From Carcharhinus longimanus (taxonomy: Eukaryota), in the NCBI GenBank assembly GCA_030264375.1, contig JASCQW010000112.1:47551803-47615802 (forward strand): a DNA stretch of 64,000 nucleotides. The letters run 5' to 3'. Numbering within the stretch: the stretch's first letter is position 1; each line of letters starts with the position of its first letter. Under the pieces are notes generated by a model. The model searched no databases. It had not been told where the DNA came from and worked only from the letters and a program-made list of their open reading frames with translations. Shown piece by piece: positions 37,101 to 51,680 of the stretch. The position numbers and the translations under genes are program-made.

Positions 37101-38199
37101 TGAGCATAGTGAAGACTATAATGGATATTCAGAACTTTATTGTGTTTCATCTCAACATAGCTCTTGAGATCTGCCTGCAGGGAATACTGGATGGGGTGTA
37201 CAGAGCATGCAAGCGAAAATGGTGGTGGATGCATTGGCATGAGTTGGCATTAAGTTGTCAGTGGGGGCTAGAATGGACCATGGGAGTGTGGATGATAGGG
37301 CCATGCATAGGCAACACTGGGGCGTGGGGAGTGGAGGAGGGTGAGGAGCTGCGATGACTGAATACTAGAGGACCTAAAATATGAACGCACAACTGGGACA
37401 AAGTCTCAGCAAAATTCGGCAGCTTTTAAACAGCCTGCCTCTGTGCGTGGCAGCCCCATCACCACCTGTGACCTGAATCCATCCCACACCCATCCCCTTG
37501 GAATCAAGGTGTTTCTCCCAACGAGAGTACGGAGAGCTGGGAAATTTCCAAGGATTGGATTTTCATATTGGAGGTGGGAATCAAGAGGTGAGACTATCCA
37601 CACTATTGCATTGCTTCCTGTGTTGCTAGGCTGACAGAGAGCAAAATGTTGCTGTTCCCTGAGTTTTAGTTGATATGGGGACAGTTCTGCTGCCTGGGGT
37701 GGGAACAGAGGCAGGCAGATTTGGGGCAGGCAGGTTAAAGGGACCATCTCCATCCTACCCACATGTGGGATGGGAGGAGAATCCTTCACAGAGATTTTGA
37801 TTGTTTGAGGCCCACCAACAAATATGAAACTTGTCATTAAATATCACTTTATTATACCTACCAAACATCTCAAATCACTACACCAACAACTGCCCTTTAA
37901 TGTTATCACTTTAATTTTTGAAATGAGTCCTAATGGTGAATGGCCCATTTTCCTTTCTGGTTAACACTTCCCAGGGAGTGAACAAGGGCGATCTTACCAG
38001 GATTTGGCAGAGTGTCGATTCCAACGGGAAAAAACAGGACTGATCGGTTTTCTCTGCGGATCTTCCCACACTGTCACAAAACGCTATTATACAGGGAGCG
38101 GGGCCTAAACACGCTGGCAAAGCCTGGCTGCACTGAGATCAGGGCACCATCTTTAAACAATGCCCTGATCTGAGCATGAATAAAACTCTCCCCCCCACT

Positions 38200-38632
38200 G
38201 TTCATCCCATCTTGATCAGGATCAGCATAACATCCCCCACCAACACAGCCCTAATTGGAATCAGCATTCGCGCACCCCCCACCCTATCCCTGATCAGAGT
38301 CGGCACTCAAAGCACTCAACCACCAACCCCACCCCCCCTTGCCCCCAATCAAAGTCAGCATTCACCTGGCCCGCCCCCTGATTGGAATCAGCACTCACTC
38401 CCACCACCCCTGTGATTGGAGTTGGCACTCACACCGTCCCCACCACCCCCCAATTCCCCTGATTGGAGTCAGCACTCACCCTGCCCTCCACATCCCCAAT
38501 TAGAATCAGACTCAAAGCACTCAACCACACCCCCCCCTCAATGCAACACGGAGCAGAGTCAGCAGTCACCCTGCCAACCCCCCTGATTGGAGTCAGCACT
38601 CATTCCCCACTGCCCCCGTGTTCAGAGTCGGC
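38200..38632. repeat. Degenerate C-rich minisatellite running into a gap
   Basis: Recurrent gattggagtcagcactcac unit separated by C-runs; N-gap 38633-38928 follows. Confidence 0.8.
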
Positions 38633-39996
38633 NNNNNNNNNNNNNNNNNNNNNNNNNNNNNNNNNNNNNNNNNNNNNNNNNNNNNNNNNNNNNNNNNNNN
38701 NNNNNNNNNNNNNNNNNNNNNNNNNNNNNNNNNNNNNNNNNNNNNNNNNNNNNNNNNNNNNNNNNNNNNNNNNNNNNNNNNNNNNNNNNNNNNNNNNNNN
38801 NNNNNNNNNNNNNNNNNNNNNNNNNNNNNNNNNNNNNNNNNNNNNNNNNNNNNNNNNNNNNNNNNNNNNNNNNNNNNNNNNNNNNNNNNNNNNNNNNNNN
38901 NNNNNNNNNNNNNNNNNNNNNNNNNNNNGTGGCAGGGGTGGGGGGGGAGTTGTTTAAAATATGGAAATCTATTAAAATGTGTGTAAATCAGGTTCACACC
39001 CAATGTGTCAACAGCAAGGGGCAGCGAGGTCCGTGACTTCCAGATTTTCCACACCTTGAGCTCATGCCAGGAATCTTGCAGATGGACAAAGTGGGCTCAA
39101 GATTCTGGCCATTGTCTTTCAGGTATGATCTCAACACCCTTATCTTTCAGTAAGATCCGCCTGCTTTGCTGAATAGACAGTGTGCACTGAACACCAAGCA
39201 GTGGCAACAGCATAATATTAACTACTGTAGGGGTGACAGTGGTGTAGTGACATTGTCGCTGGGCTAGTCAGGGACCCCAACTGCTGTTCTAGGGACCCAG
39301 ATTCAAACCCCACCATGGCAGATGGTGAAATTTGAAATCAATTGAAACAAATTCTGGAATTAGAAATCAAATGATGAAGCCATTGTTGATTGTCATAAAA
39401 ATCCATCTGGTTCACTAATGTCCTTTAGAGACGGAAATGCCCTCAGGGATGGACAATAAATGGATATATTTCATATTTTAGTGGAATTCTCAGCTGTGTG
39501 TTACCATTTGGGGGGTAGTTATTTTTAGCAGTTGCAACATTGACAATAAGGTGGCANNNNNNNNNNNNNNNNNNNNNNNNNNNNNNNNNNNNNNNNATAC
39601 AAGATGGTGAATATTGTGAGGCGAGCTGAGTAAACATGGAACTCAAGTTTCCCTCAAAGAGGCAAAGCAGGGCTCCAAGTGGATCTCGAGTCGGTGGACA
39701 AGACTCCTGTCACCTGTTAATTGTCTCTCGACCTAACCTGAGCATTTCCAGCCTTTTTTAACATCCTTCTGATTTAATAAATCTGCTCATTTAGGTAAAA
39801 TGTTCATCGTTACACGAAAATCCATACAGCAAACCTGGAGTCATGTAGCTCATCGGGGGGAGAAACAAAACAGCACTGCCAAGAATAGACTGAAAGCAGC
39901 ATCCATACAACGTCTCTACATGCATCCTTCAATTCCATCTGTCTGGATAATGGGATGATGTTAGCTGCTGTTTCCCAGAATGACCAATGTATTTAT

Positions 39997-40122
39997 ACAG
40001 TGAGAAGTCTCACAAAACCAGGTTAAAACTCAACAGGTTTATTTGGAATCATGAGCTTTTGGAGTGCTGCTTCTTCATTGGTGAGTGATGAAGCAGCGCT
40101 CTGAAAGCTCATGACTCCAAAT
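39997..40122. mobile_element. PLE-derived family A palindrome, degenerate
   Basis: agaagtctcacaaaaccaggttaaa... followed by the inverted repeat atttggaatcatgagcttttggagtgctgcttc / gaagcagcgctctgaaagctcatgactccaaat (40041-40122). Confidence 0.75.
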
Positions 40123-43100
40123 GCGGAGCCACATGTAGGGACATTCTGCAGCAGAGCAGCTGTGGGGCCACTGTTGTGTGAAGTGTTCTCCCTGTAATGC
40201 CCCATGACATGTCAGCAGGTTTCAAGAACAGATTGATGACAGCTGACACACAGGGCCGTGATTTATATCACCATAAATGGTTGGAGAAGAGGTGGAACCC
40301 CACAACATTTCTATGTGGGAGGCCTGATGCAATTTAAGTGCACTCAGGCACTTCACCGACCTGCATTGAGGCTCCCACATGATTGAGGCCCCTGTATGTT
40401 GCAAAGTCCGTCTCCCTCAGAGCTGCCAATTATTCAGAGGCTGAAAATGGCCCCCCAGCATCAACAACCTGTGAGTGTGGCTGCTGTTTGCAATGCTCCG
40501 AGACAGAGCCTGAGGATCAATGTTAGATCCCTGGACACAGGTGAGTGGGGCGGGATGGGGGGTCACAAGGAGAGATTCACTGGGAGATGGGGAGGGTGGT
40601 TGGAGACAAGGATCGCTTTCAGCAGCTCCCCTTCTCGATGCTGGATCCAGTGATTGGCACAGTGCGCCTGTCAACAAGGACCCCGCACCTCCCACTGAGG
40701 CCAAAGGCAAACCTGACATTGTTTACTGGACAACCTTCTGGAGGCTGTGTGAATCCCATCAAATCCCTGAGCTACCACTGAATTCTGGTGGACTCAGTGA
40801 TAAATGATATCCAGTGATAAGTGATATCCAGTGGTTCCTGGCATCCTATGATCAGCAATTGGGATCCCTACAATGGTGCACTTCCTGCTCTCTACTTAAT
40901 TGGGGATAGCTTTCCTGATTTGGGCGCTTTCACCTGATTCTCCTGCATCCATCCCTGCCCCCGCCCCACCTGGCCACTGCCCCAGACCAGGGTTTAGTGC
41001 AGTTTGTTAGGGTCCCAGACCAGAACCCCAAGATATGTTGTGAAGCCAGACTAGACCCCAATAATTTTTCCATTTTGACATAAAGGTGAGGAAAGGATAC
41101 TTCACTCCAGAAGTAGTTCTACTGACAAATTATGGATCTTTTAAAATCAAAACAAGCCTTATTCATAACACAGTTTAACAAAATGTAGCAGCTTAACTGT
41201 TAACAGTTGAATAATCTTTAAACATGAAAAGAAAAATCTCTAATTTCTACCTTATCATGTTTCAGTTTCAAATTCAGCGACCTTCTTCCAATAGACTTAA
41301 AACCTACTTTAAATATAGTTAGCAATCAGAGAGATGCTTGCTCTAACTTAGGTTAACAGCCTTGGAACTTCCAGAGAGATGTTGTGGAGAGAGGGAGCAG
41401 ATTTCTGTCTTTAAACAGCTCCAGTCAACAACTGAACTCTAAACTGAAACAGAAAGCTGTTTCTTTGCTACAGACATAACTCCTCCCATTTATTGAATTA
41501 AAAAAAAGCAGGTTCCATTCCTTTAAGAAAACAACCCCAGGGCAAATCTCCATTCATAAACAACAGTCCATTAGCCTCCTGCTAAGTAAATCCTATATGA
41601 GTGAAATGAGCTATTATCCTGCTGTACAGCATCTGAACTATATGTTTTATGAAATACTCCAGCTGCCTGTAAAATAGTCCCCCTTCTGCATAAAAATATC
41701 AATAGTACAGAATCATCATAAGCTAACTTAATTCAATTCTGTCTGTGCTCTCCTTGAGTGTGCTAGTTTATCAGAAACATGCCAGTCAATGTCATCATAA
41801 ATTAGATATCTGAAGGTGAGCTCCCCATCTGAAAAGTTTGAAAGGCAATAGAATAAAATAAACTTCTAGGCAAGACCATTTTATTGAGCAAAACAAATTA
41901 GTTTAAAAGACAATGAAATATTTCTGGAGAATGGTGACGAGCTCTATAAAAATGCAACAAGCTTGTTGGGCCTATTCTTGTTCCTAAACATTCTTATGTC
42001 TTGTAGCTACCACAATAAATATCATCACATAAATATATCATGTGACAATAGAGAAACCAAGGGGAACTGGTACAACCAGCAAGAGAACTTGAAAAGCTAT
42101 GAGAAAACATTTCAGCCTTTCATACAAGCACTTCTGTTTCCATAGTGCTGCAAAGTGAAATTTAATACTCTCCAAGAAGATTGGGAGGCAGGGAAGGCCA
42201 TCATATTGGTGGGGAATGTGTTGTCTGGAGAGCCTTTTGCCTTCCCAAGTACCTTGGTTAAGTTTTGGGTGAAGAGGGTCGAGACTGCCTTCCTGCCCAG
42301 AGATCAATTGAGGATCTTAAGTTAACAATTAAGGGCAGCAGCCAGGGAAGGACATAGCTGTGTAGACAAGTTGCCATGTATGCCCTCGTTGAGCTTCCCT
42401 GGAACCGTTAAAGGTTTGGGAAGTGAGGGTTGCCCGTATAGCTTGGGCAACCTATGCCCAACAAAGGGACCTACCTGCAGAAAGGCAATCTTCTGTCCTT
42501 TAAATCGACCCACTCTCTCCAGCCTCCCAATGAGTCTGCCGCACATACCTGAGTTCTGGGGCTCCGTGGCTGTCCTTTATCCTTGGGTATGGGGCAATAT
42601 TGATGGTGGTCACTGCTCTTGAAGGTGCTGCTGGTACTGAAGAGCTGGTGGCTTCTGATTGATGGCAGCTTTCTGAGGCAGCACCTCTGCCCTGGAAGGC
42701 CCTGGAAATCCATGTTGTCCTGTTGGGTTCCTGGTTAGTATTGAATCATGTCGGGGTTCCTCTGCAAAGACTCACTGTTGTGAACATCAGATTCAGCCTT
42801 GAATATGGCATTGAATTAATTGATAATGATATAGCATATCATCAGGACATTTACAATGCACTGCAATTAACTTTAATTTTTGTTCCCTGAAAAGCCCATT
42901 CATGTAGACGGATTTCACTAAATTGAATGCTCCATGATTTATTTATTACATAAATAAAATACTTACAGCAGTAAAGCTGCATTGCCAGTGCACACGTTTG
43001 TTACCTTTTTGAGTAACATGCAAATACATTCAATTGCTGGCACATTCATGTTAAATTCAATTCAGTGATATTCACTTATATTTCCATTGACAATGCAGCA

Positions 43101-43631
43101 TCACTGCTATTCTGCAGTAATAGTACTAAATTCCAAATACTTGGCAACTTCAGTCTATTTAATATGGAATTTTACTGTTAATCATATTTATATTAATAAG
43201 GGATATGATATATTTTCTAAATAATAATTGAGATACATCTAGAATTATTTTACTTGGATGATAATTGGATAAGAAGAAAATTTAGATCTATTACTGTCCA
43301 GGATGAGAAATTTCATTAGCTGTCCAACATCATCAGAACTATTATTGAAATACCAGCATCTCATCCTAAATGCCAGTTATTGAAATAATTCCAGCAGCAA
43401 TGAGAGGAAGTCACTTCTTGTCACCACATAAGAAGGTTAAACACGTTTGCCCTTAGATTATTATTGATATTATTTTGGAAAATCATGCTAACTGTTTGCT
43501 CAGCTGTCAAGGGAGTGAGAACGTGTCATTTTCTTTTCTTCTCAGAAACAATTTTATTCCAGGATCCTCATATTTCCTGATTAAGGCAAATTACTATCTT
43601 TAAATTGCAGATAAATTGATGTGTCTTAATC

Positions 43632-43932
43632 ACGGTGGCACAGTGGTTTGCACTGTAGCCTTACAGTGCCAGAGGCTGAGTTCAATTCTGGCCTCAGATG
43701 ACTGTCTGTGTGGCGTTTGCGCATTCTCCCTGTGTCTGTATGGGTTTCCTCCACTGTCCAAAGATGCACAGTTTGGGTTGAATGGCCATGTTAAGTTGCC
43801 CTGTATTGTCAGGGGGACTAGCTAGGGTAAATATGCAGGCTTATGGGCATAGGCTCTGGGTGTGATTTTGGTTGCTGTACACTCGATGGGCCGAATGGTC
43901 TCCTTCTACATTGTAGGACTTTGATTCTGATC
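43632..43932 (+). mobile_element. HE1 SINE
   Basis: cacggtggcacagtggtttgcactg...ctcgatgggccgaatggtctccttctacattgtagg. Confidence 0.85.
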
Positions 43933-44977
43933 CTATGTTACTGCCCCAATAGTTTTGTTCTGTAGTCACATTCCCGATCTTAACAAATCCTTTTGTGGCA
44001 AACTCAACTCATTCTAACTATTCCAGCTGGTCTTCTACAACAATAATTTTTCTTCTGAGCAATTTGGTGGATAATAAGCCTTTCCTGGTTTCCATCTTGT
44101 CAAGTATTTCCCTACTTTGAATCCTGCTTTTATGAATGAGAGGCTGAAACCTTGGGTTTTGATTCTACGATAAAACTGTACTAATCAAGTAATTTTTCAG
44201 AACATTAAAGCTATGTGGCCTTTTCCTTTATATGGGGAAATTTGTTCCTCTTCAAAGCATTTATCAATGCAGCTGGACCTAAGCTTCTGACTAGGGGAAC
44301 TGATTTGGTGCCTTATCCATTTACCACCAGAACGGGATTCTTGTACACCAATGCAGAAAAATGGCAAAAGCTGACCAACAATCCTTTTAAAACTGATACA
44401 GAATCCAAAATCTAATGCAGTGCCCTCAAATCCCCAACTCCTAACCCTCCTAAATTCTAAAATAATTGGTCTAAAAATGCAGTGGAGCATAATTGTAACT
44501 AAAGCTAAGGGCAGGATGTTAGAGAAGGAGGTTGGGGCAGTTTCTGGATATTGGACATACCTCCGGGCGTAACCTTCACTCAATGCGAATTTTGCAGAAT
44601 GCCAGTTGGCATGGAGGTGGACTTATTATCTAATTAAGGATGGTGGGTGAGCTTTCAAAACTGAAAGACCAATCAAGGCCTCCCAACTTGAACACAAAAT
44701 CTAATGGAAGCCATTTGACCCTCAAACCTGCCCACCATTTAATCAGATCAATCCTGATTGTAAGTCCACTTTCCTCCCAACCCCCATATCCATAAACTCC
44801 CTTGTAGATCAGAAATCTGTCCAACGCTTTCACTGAATACATTCAATGACCCAGGTTCACTGCTCTCTGGACTGGAAACTTCCAAAGATTAAGGCCTGGA
44901 TTTTTGCAATGAGGCAAAAGCAGGGGGGGCTGAAATCCAGAGGTCCCACCCCTGAACATGCCACTTCCTGGTCTTAT

Positions 44978-45105
44978 AGGGATGGGAATTGGAGTGGGTT
45001 GGGATTTCACAGGGATGGGAATTGGAGTGGGTTGGGATTTCACAGGGATGGGAATGTGAGAAGATTGGATTTCACAGGAATGAGAATGAGAGCGGGTTGG
45101 GATTT
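44978..45105. repeat. 33-bp minisatellite, ~4 copies (two perfect)
   Basis: agggatgggaattggagtgggttgggatttcac x2, then degenerate copies. Confidence 0.9.
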
Positions 45106-48100
45106 GTACATGAGTGTTTCGCAGAAGCACCGGCCCATGTAAAATAGCAGCTGCCTGCAGGCATGTCTGATTCTCATTAGCCAGGAATGGATAACACAAA
45201 CAGAATTCTTCCATGGCCCCATTCAATACCAGACAAGGAGGGAGAATTTGCTGGGAGTACAAAAATCAGTTTCATTTCGATGTGAATTTCCCAGATATAT
45301 TCCACTGGTGCCTGCCCATGGGAAACCCGCCAAAGGCTGGCATGAAACTGATATGCATTCTGCTAATGAGATGCAGATGAAGGCCAAATCTTCCACCCAG
45401 GCGCTGCCAGCAGGAAAACACACTGGTGTGAAACACATCTGGAGTAATATGGCATGCAGATATCATGACTCACCTGAACAATGTCTGTGCTGCCTCTTGA
45501 GTTTGGAATAGAGGCTAATAGCCACCCTGAATGCTGGAACACCACAGCAATGGGTGTGAGGAGCATCTATCAGATGGATCTTCCAGATACAGTGCCATCG
45601 AGGTGGTCAATCTTCCAGCTTCAGAGTGTTCCTGGAGATCCACCTTCACTCTCAGGATCCTCCAGCCTCAGAGTGCTCCCTCCCAGAGATCGCTCTTCAT
45701 CTTCTGAAGGTCCATCCTCTTTCTTCAGTAGTGTGTCAGTGATGTTGGGTGCCTTTTCAACATGGTGCCCAGATACACCAGTAGATTACGTGCCATCAAG
45801 GCTGCCCCGCCATGGATTATGGCATAAAACATCTGGCTGTATGATTTATGAGTTCAGCACCAAAAGATGTGGCAAGGTTTCCTGTCATCTACCATGGCAG
45901 GAAACATTTCCTGTTCCCACCCCACCACAGGACTTATGCCTAGATTAGACCTCGTAGGAATAGGTCTAAACTTCGCAGAGCCATTTGAAAGAGTAAGATA
46001 CCCTGGGAAATCTTTGGGGGAGGTCAGGTACTCTTTGGGAGAGATAAAGTGCGGAATTGTTAAAAGTGAACATGAATGTGCATCAAAAGTACCAAAAAAA
46101 ACTGTCAAAAGCAACTGTCAATTTGTCAAGGATTTTAAAACTACTGCCCTTTAAATCTTTGAAAAAACTGTATAGAGTGTTAAACAAAATCATTGCTTAC
46201 TATTTCACTCTATTACATAATCCCGGTGGCTATCATTCCTGGATAGAGATAGGAACCAGCTTGCCAGCTGGCCAGTTTTTATCTCCTGCTCTCTCTCTCC
46301 CTTTCTCCTGGCAGGAGCTCAAATTCCTGCCCCAAATGTTTAGTCAACAAAAAGTTCATAAATTAATGAATACCTAAGAAAGGATACAAATGTTAAAAGC
46401 ATAAAACTTATCCTCTAGGATGGCTTTGCAACATGATTCCCTCCCCACACCTAACTTTCTGCTTGCATTGGTGAATTTTCCAGAACAGTGATGTCTCTAA
46501 TGATCACAGGCATTGCATTTTCTTTTATCTAAAAGGTAAGAAATATTTTCTCAATTCTCATTTGCTAACTTGTTTCTCAACTTTATATTTTGCAACTACT
46601 TTCTCCCAGTGGTCAGCAGCTTTTAATTACTGGGATGGAAAACAATACCTCATTAATTTATATGATTCTATAATGGCAAAAAGAGGATTTGTACCTGGTG
46701 TCCCCGAACATTGCAGTTGGAGAAAAATGCAGTCCAGACAGATAAACAGGGAAAGCAAGATTAGACCAGAAAAGAAACAAAACGATCAACATACTTAGAC
46801 AGGTGGTTCACAAATTGCTCAACTTCTTTTAAAAGCGAGAGCTTTGGATGATCGACATATGAGGAATAACATAGTTAAAGATCTATTTTGAGAAAAAAAA
46901 TTCTTTGAAGAGGATAATGATGATAAACACATGATGAATCAATTTGTGATCACAATATTTCAGACCTTATCATCATGTAGCAGCTCCAAACTACCGCAGA
47001 AAATAATAAACAGACATCTGGCCCAGGCAGTTCCACTAAGCACATGTTTCTTCCAGCAAATTATTTGAAAAACCCGAGTTTTTTCTGCAAAATATTGACA
47101 TTACACACCATTAGGAAGGGTAGTATGTTCAGAGTCTGATCACAGAGATTCTAGAAGGAAAACCTTACTTCCACACTTCTCCTGAAAACAGATCCTTCAG
47201 CTGAAAAAAAACTGAAGTCACACAAAAGTCATGAAAAGGTCACTCAGCTAACTTCTAGAAACCATAATGCTGGATAGAATTAATATTCACTGAGATAGAC
47301 GTGGGAAAGTGGACTCATTAACACCCAGCTGGAAAGGGCTATCTGTTCCCTGAGGAGCAGGGGAATGAGGAGGAGGGCGGAAAGAAGCAGACTAGACAGC
47401 TCCTATCTGACCACTTGACCATGAAGAACATCCAAGCACATCACCGATAACAGCAACTCCAATTCACCAACCTTCCCATACTTTGTGTTCCCTCAGTTAC
47501 TGATGATCGTGACGTCCACTTGGCCTCAATGCAGAAGTAAAAGCAACCACAAGATTAACAAACCAAACTAAATTAATGAATGAAATCAATCCATATTGCA
47601 TACAAAAATCAATGCATCATTCTTGTGTGTTCCTCATTGCTTGCCCTTTGTATATTTTGCCTGTCCTGGTTCTCCCAGGTACACCCGGTATTACCTTGTG
47701 ATTGCAGCATGGCTGATGGATGGCTGTTGACTTTCACTGGAGGAGGCCACATCTTGACTTAGGCAGCAGCAATGTGGGCTGGCTGGCTGGCTGGCAACAA
47801 CAAGGACACCGCCTCTATTCTTGACCCCTGCTCTTGTGTGTGGTGAGTTATGTGCAGATCCCACTGCCAGTTTCATAGAGTCATAGGGAAGTCCTCCCCG
47901 GCAAGGAAAACAACTCCTCCCCATGAATAAGGAACAGTTGCATTGGGCTCACCAGTGGAACAGGAGGGCATTGAGGGCTCCTGGGAAGGCCAAGTGCAAG
48001 GCAGGAGCGCCCCTTGGTTCAGCCTGGCACCTGGGCAATGCCCACAGGGCACCTGAATGGTGCTGTCTGGGCAGTGCCAGAGGACAGGGCCAGTGGGGGG

Positions 48101-49529
48101 TGGGGCCTGTGGGGACAGTATCAGGACTCTGGGGCCAATGGGATGGGGCCTGTAGGAGCAGTGCCAGGGGTGGGGCCAATGGGGATGGGCCAGGGGAGCA
48201 GGCAATGGGGGAAGGGGGTCCTGCTGCCATTCTGCATGTAATCGGTGGGGGACGGAGGGAGGGGGGCTGCGATCAGTTTGGGCAGCAAAGCCACAATCAG
48301 TCTGGGTGGTGGAGCCGGGTCAGACTGGGCGGCAGGGGGCTGAGTCAGGGGCTGCAAGCCCCCATGATTGCGGGGGGATGGGGGGTGGTGAGCTGCGCCA
48401 AGTTGCCTGCAGTAGCAGGGGCCTGATAGCTCTCTCTTTGTCTGTCAGACCCCTGCTAATGTTAATGCATGTGTGCAGCATCAGAAGTTTGCACATACGC
48501 ATTATGTGCTCGACAGGCTGTTTGGCGAGTTAAACTCCACCCACTTCTTCTCTGGCTAGAAACTGACTAGCCCATCTTTTTAGAGACAGAGTGCATAAGG
48601 AAACCCAGCCAAAAATGGATCTGGAACTCTCCCATTTTCAGACTAGATGGACACTTAGAAAAAAGTCTCATAAAATTCCACCTTTTGTGTCCAAATCTGC
48701 ATCCTGTACAGCAAAGCTTCAACTGTACAGCTTCCAGTAACCAGGCACCTGTCTCATCAGATCCTTACACTACAGTATATTAAGCTCCTTGTGGCACTTA
48801 TTACACTTTCATGCACAGTTTTGAATAGTGCCAATTTGTGCTTTGTAGGTTTTCTGTACCTCTTTCATTAGGATCTCATTGTTAGCAGTGATTATTTTTA
48901 TTTATTTGTTCATGGATTGTGAGTGCTGCTGACAAGGCCAGCATCTTTTATTGATTCCGAATTGCCCTTGAGAAGGTATTCATATCATCTAGCAGAGAAC
49001 CATATCTCTCCTAGCGTGAATCTTTGCCTGCCTGCAATGGCCAACACAGTTTATGCCAAAGGGGACATGGAGGATCTGCCCCCACTACTCACTGCCTTCC
49101 GCCACATGGATAAATAACAAGGTGGCAGCCTTGTGGTTAGTTCAGAGAATGTAACCGTGGTCATTGCATATAGCTTAACAATGTGTGTAAGTTGTGGGGA
49201 ATGGAGGATCGCAATAGCGCTGAGAGTTGGAAATGTGGAGTGTGTGAGTAAGAGCAGTAGGATTTGGAATGAAATGCCTGTTAATTGTAAGAGGATGAAG
49301 AGAGTAGTAGGGCTGTAGTTGGTGACAATGTGAGGAGTGAGTAATTGATGTGGGAAGTAAGATTCTTTTCTTAATAACTCTGGTAAAGTTCATCAAACAT
49401 TTCTTTGCAATGCAATCATTGTTCCCAGCAACAATCTCGCCTGAAACTTCTTCCTATAGTGGCGGAGGGCACAGAATTTAAAAGGAAGTCTTTCCATAAG
49501 CACTGTATGTTCCAAACTTTAGAGCTAAT

Positions 49530-49900
49530 AAAGTACTTTTTGAAGTCATCATTGTTGTTACATAGGTAACCAATCTGTGCACAGCAAACACCTGCAAACA
49601 GAAATGCAGTAATGCCCAGATAATCTGTTTAATAGNNNNNNNATTGAGATATTCAGTATTATCAAGGAGACGCGGGGTAACTCCCCTGCATCACATCAAA
49701 ATAGTATCATGCTAAATTTGATATCCACCTGTGGGAGCAGATGAGGCCTTGGTTTAATATATTATTTGAAAGACAGCACCTCCAACAATGCAGCACTTCC
49801 TCAGTACTGTTCTAGAGTGTGTCAACCTTGGTTTTGTCGTGGAGTGGGGCCTCAAACTACTCTCTGATTCAGACGTTCAGGTATTATCAACTGAGCCACA
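49530..49900 (-). mobile_element. Deu-domain SINE, old
   Basis: Reverse complement of the Deu core (gaaagacagcacctccaacaatgcagcacttcctcagtactg; aactcccctgc; ends aactgagccac). Confidence 0.7.
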
Positions 49901-50294
49901 ACTGATACATACTTTGGAGTCTTTTCAAGGAAGAAAGAAAAGTAGAGAGGTTTAGGGAAGGAGTTTCAGGCCCATCACTGGTGGAGCAATAAAAATTAGG
50001 GATGTTTAAGAGGCCAAAATTAATTAATCTTGGGGCTGAAGGAAATTACAAAGATAGGGAGAGGTAAGGCCATGGAAGGACATGGCAAAGAGAGACTTGT
50101 GAATGTTGTTTTTCCATCCTCCACCCTATAATAGACACACAGCCAATGAAGAGCATAGGTAGAACTTGTCCCAAGCACGGATTATAATGATGAGCCACAG
50201 CACTAAGTTAACATATCCCTGCACGCATGTGAACAAGTGTGCAGCAGATGAGTCACCCACAGATCGATTACAAACCCAATCAAATTTCTAAAAG

Positions 50295-50582
50295 TGCTTA
50301 GCACTGCTGTCTCACAGTGCCATGGACCAGGGTTTATTTACCGGCTTGGGTCACTGTCTCTGCGGTGTCTGCACGGCCACCCTGTGTCCTTGTGGGTTTC
50401 CTCCAGTTGCTCCAGTTTCCTCCCACAGTCCAAAAGACATGCTGGTTAGATGGATTGGCCATGCTAAAATCTCCCTCGGTGTACCCGAACAGGCACTGGA
50501 GTGTGGCAACTAGGGGATTTTCACAGTAACTTCATTGCCGTGTTAACTTAAGTCTACTTGTGACACTAATAAATTAACTTAA
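50295..50582 (+). mobile_element. HE1-like SINE, alternative tail
   Basis: Matches the 6695-type consensus including the cttgtgacactaataaa end. Confidence 0.85.
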
Positions 50583-50999
50583 AAACTGCCCACCAAAAGA
50601 ATAAGGATGACAGGGACAAGAGACAACGTTGTGTGTGATTGTCCATGTCCTGCTATAAGCATAGCACCAGTATGTACAATGCCGTTACACTCGATTATTG
50701 CTGCAACTATTCCATGCAGACATTCCTTTACAAACTTATAATTACTAAGTAAACATAGTTCATCAATTTGGCAGCAGTAGACCCTGAAATGAAAATCTGC
50801 TAAACTACATTTCATGTACATTGGCACAATACTGAACCATGGGCTCCTGGCTGATAATGTGTTTGACATTTAGCTTCACAAGATTAGACAATCCAGATGA
50901 CAAAAATAACAAACTAATAAATTTGAAGCACTGCATGTATTTTACGTCCAAATCTCCACATTACCTCCAGAATATGAGAGCAGGGATGTACTTCTGTGG

Positions 51000-51680
51000 T
51001 TATATAAGATTCCAATCAGACTTCATTTGGAGTATTGTGGGCAGTTTTGAGCCCCATATCTAAGGAAGGATGTGCTGGCCTTGGAAAGGGTCCAGAGGAG
51101 GTTCACAAGAATGGTCCCTGGAATGAAGAGCTTGTCATATGAGGAATGGTTGAGGATTCTGGGTCTGTACTTGTTGGAGTTGAGAAGAATGAGAGGGCAT
51201 CTTATCGAAACTTATAGGATACTGTGAGGCCTGGATAGACTGGACGTGGAGAGGATATTTCCACTGCTTGGAAAAACTCGAACCAGAGTGCACATGCTCA
51301 GGCTAAAGGAACGATCCGTTAAAACAGAGATGAGGAGGAATTTCTTCAGCCAGAGAGTGGTGAATCTGTGGAACTGTTTGCCACAGAAGGCTGTGGAGGC
51401 CGGGTCATTGAGTGTCTTTAAGACAGAGATAGATAGGTTCTTGATTAATAAGGNNNNNNNNNNNNNNNNNNNNNNNNNNNNNNNNNNNNNNNNNNNNNNN
51501 NNNNNNNNNNNNNNNNNNNNNNNNNNNNNNNNNNNNNNNNNNNNNNNNNNNNNGGGATCAGGGGTTATGGGGAAAAGGCAGGAAAATGGGGATGAGAAAA
51601 ATATCAGCCATGATTGAATGGCGGAGCAGATTCAATGGGCCGAGTGGCCTAATTCTGCTCCTATGTCTTATGGTCTTACA
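51000..51680 (+). mobile_element. Young CR1 LINE 3' end spanning a gap
   Basis: KTEMRRNFFSQRVVNLWNCLPQKAVEAGSLSVFKTEIDRFL; tail ...gtggcctaattctgctcctatgtcttatggtctta. Confidence 0.9.

Noticed and set aside
41005-41720. Possible solo LTR starting TGTTAGG
   Set aside because: No clear CA end, TSD or second copy could be identified.
44843-45262. ORFs with repeated peptides (PIPIPVKSQPT / HRDGNWSGLGF)
   Set aside because: Translation of a 33-bp minisatellite; no splice or homology support.
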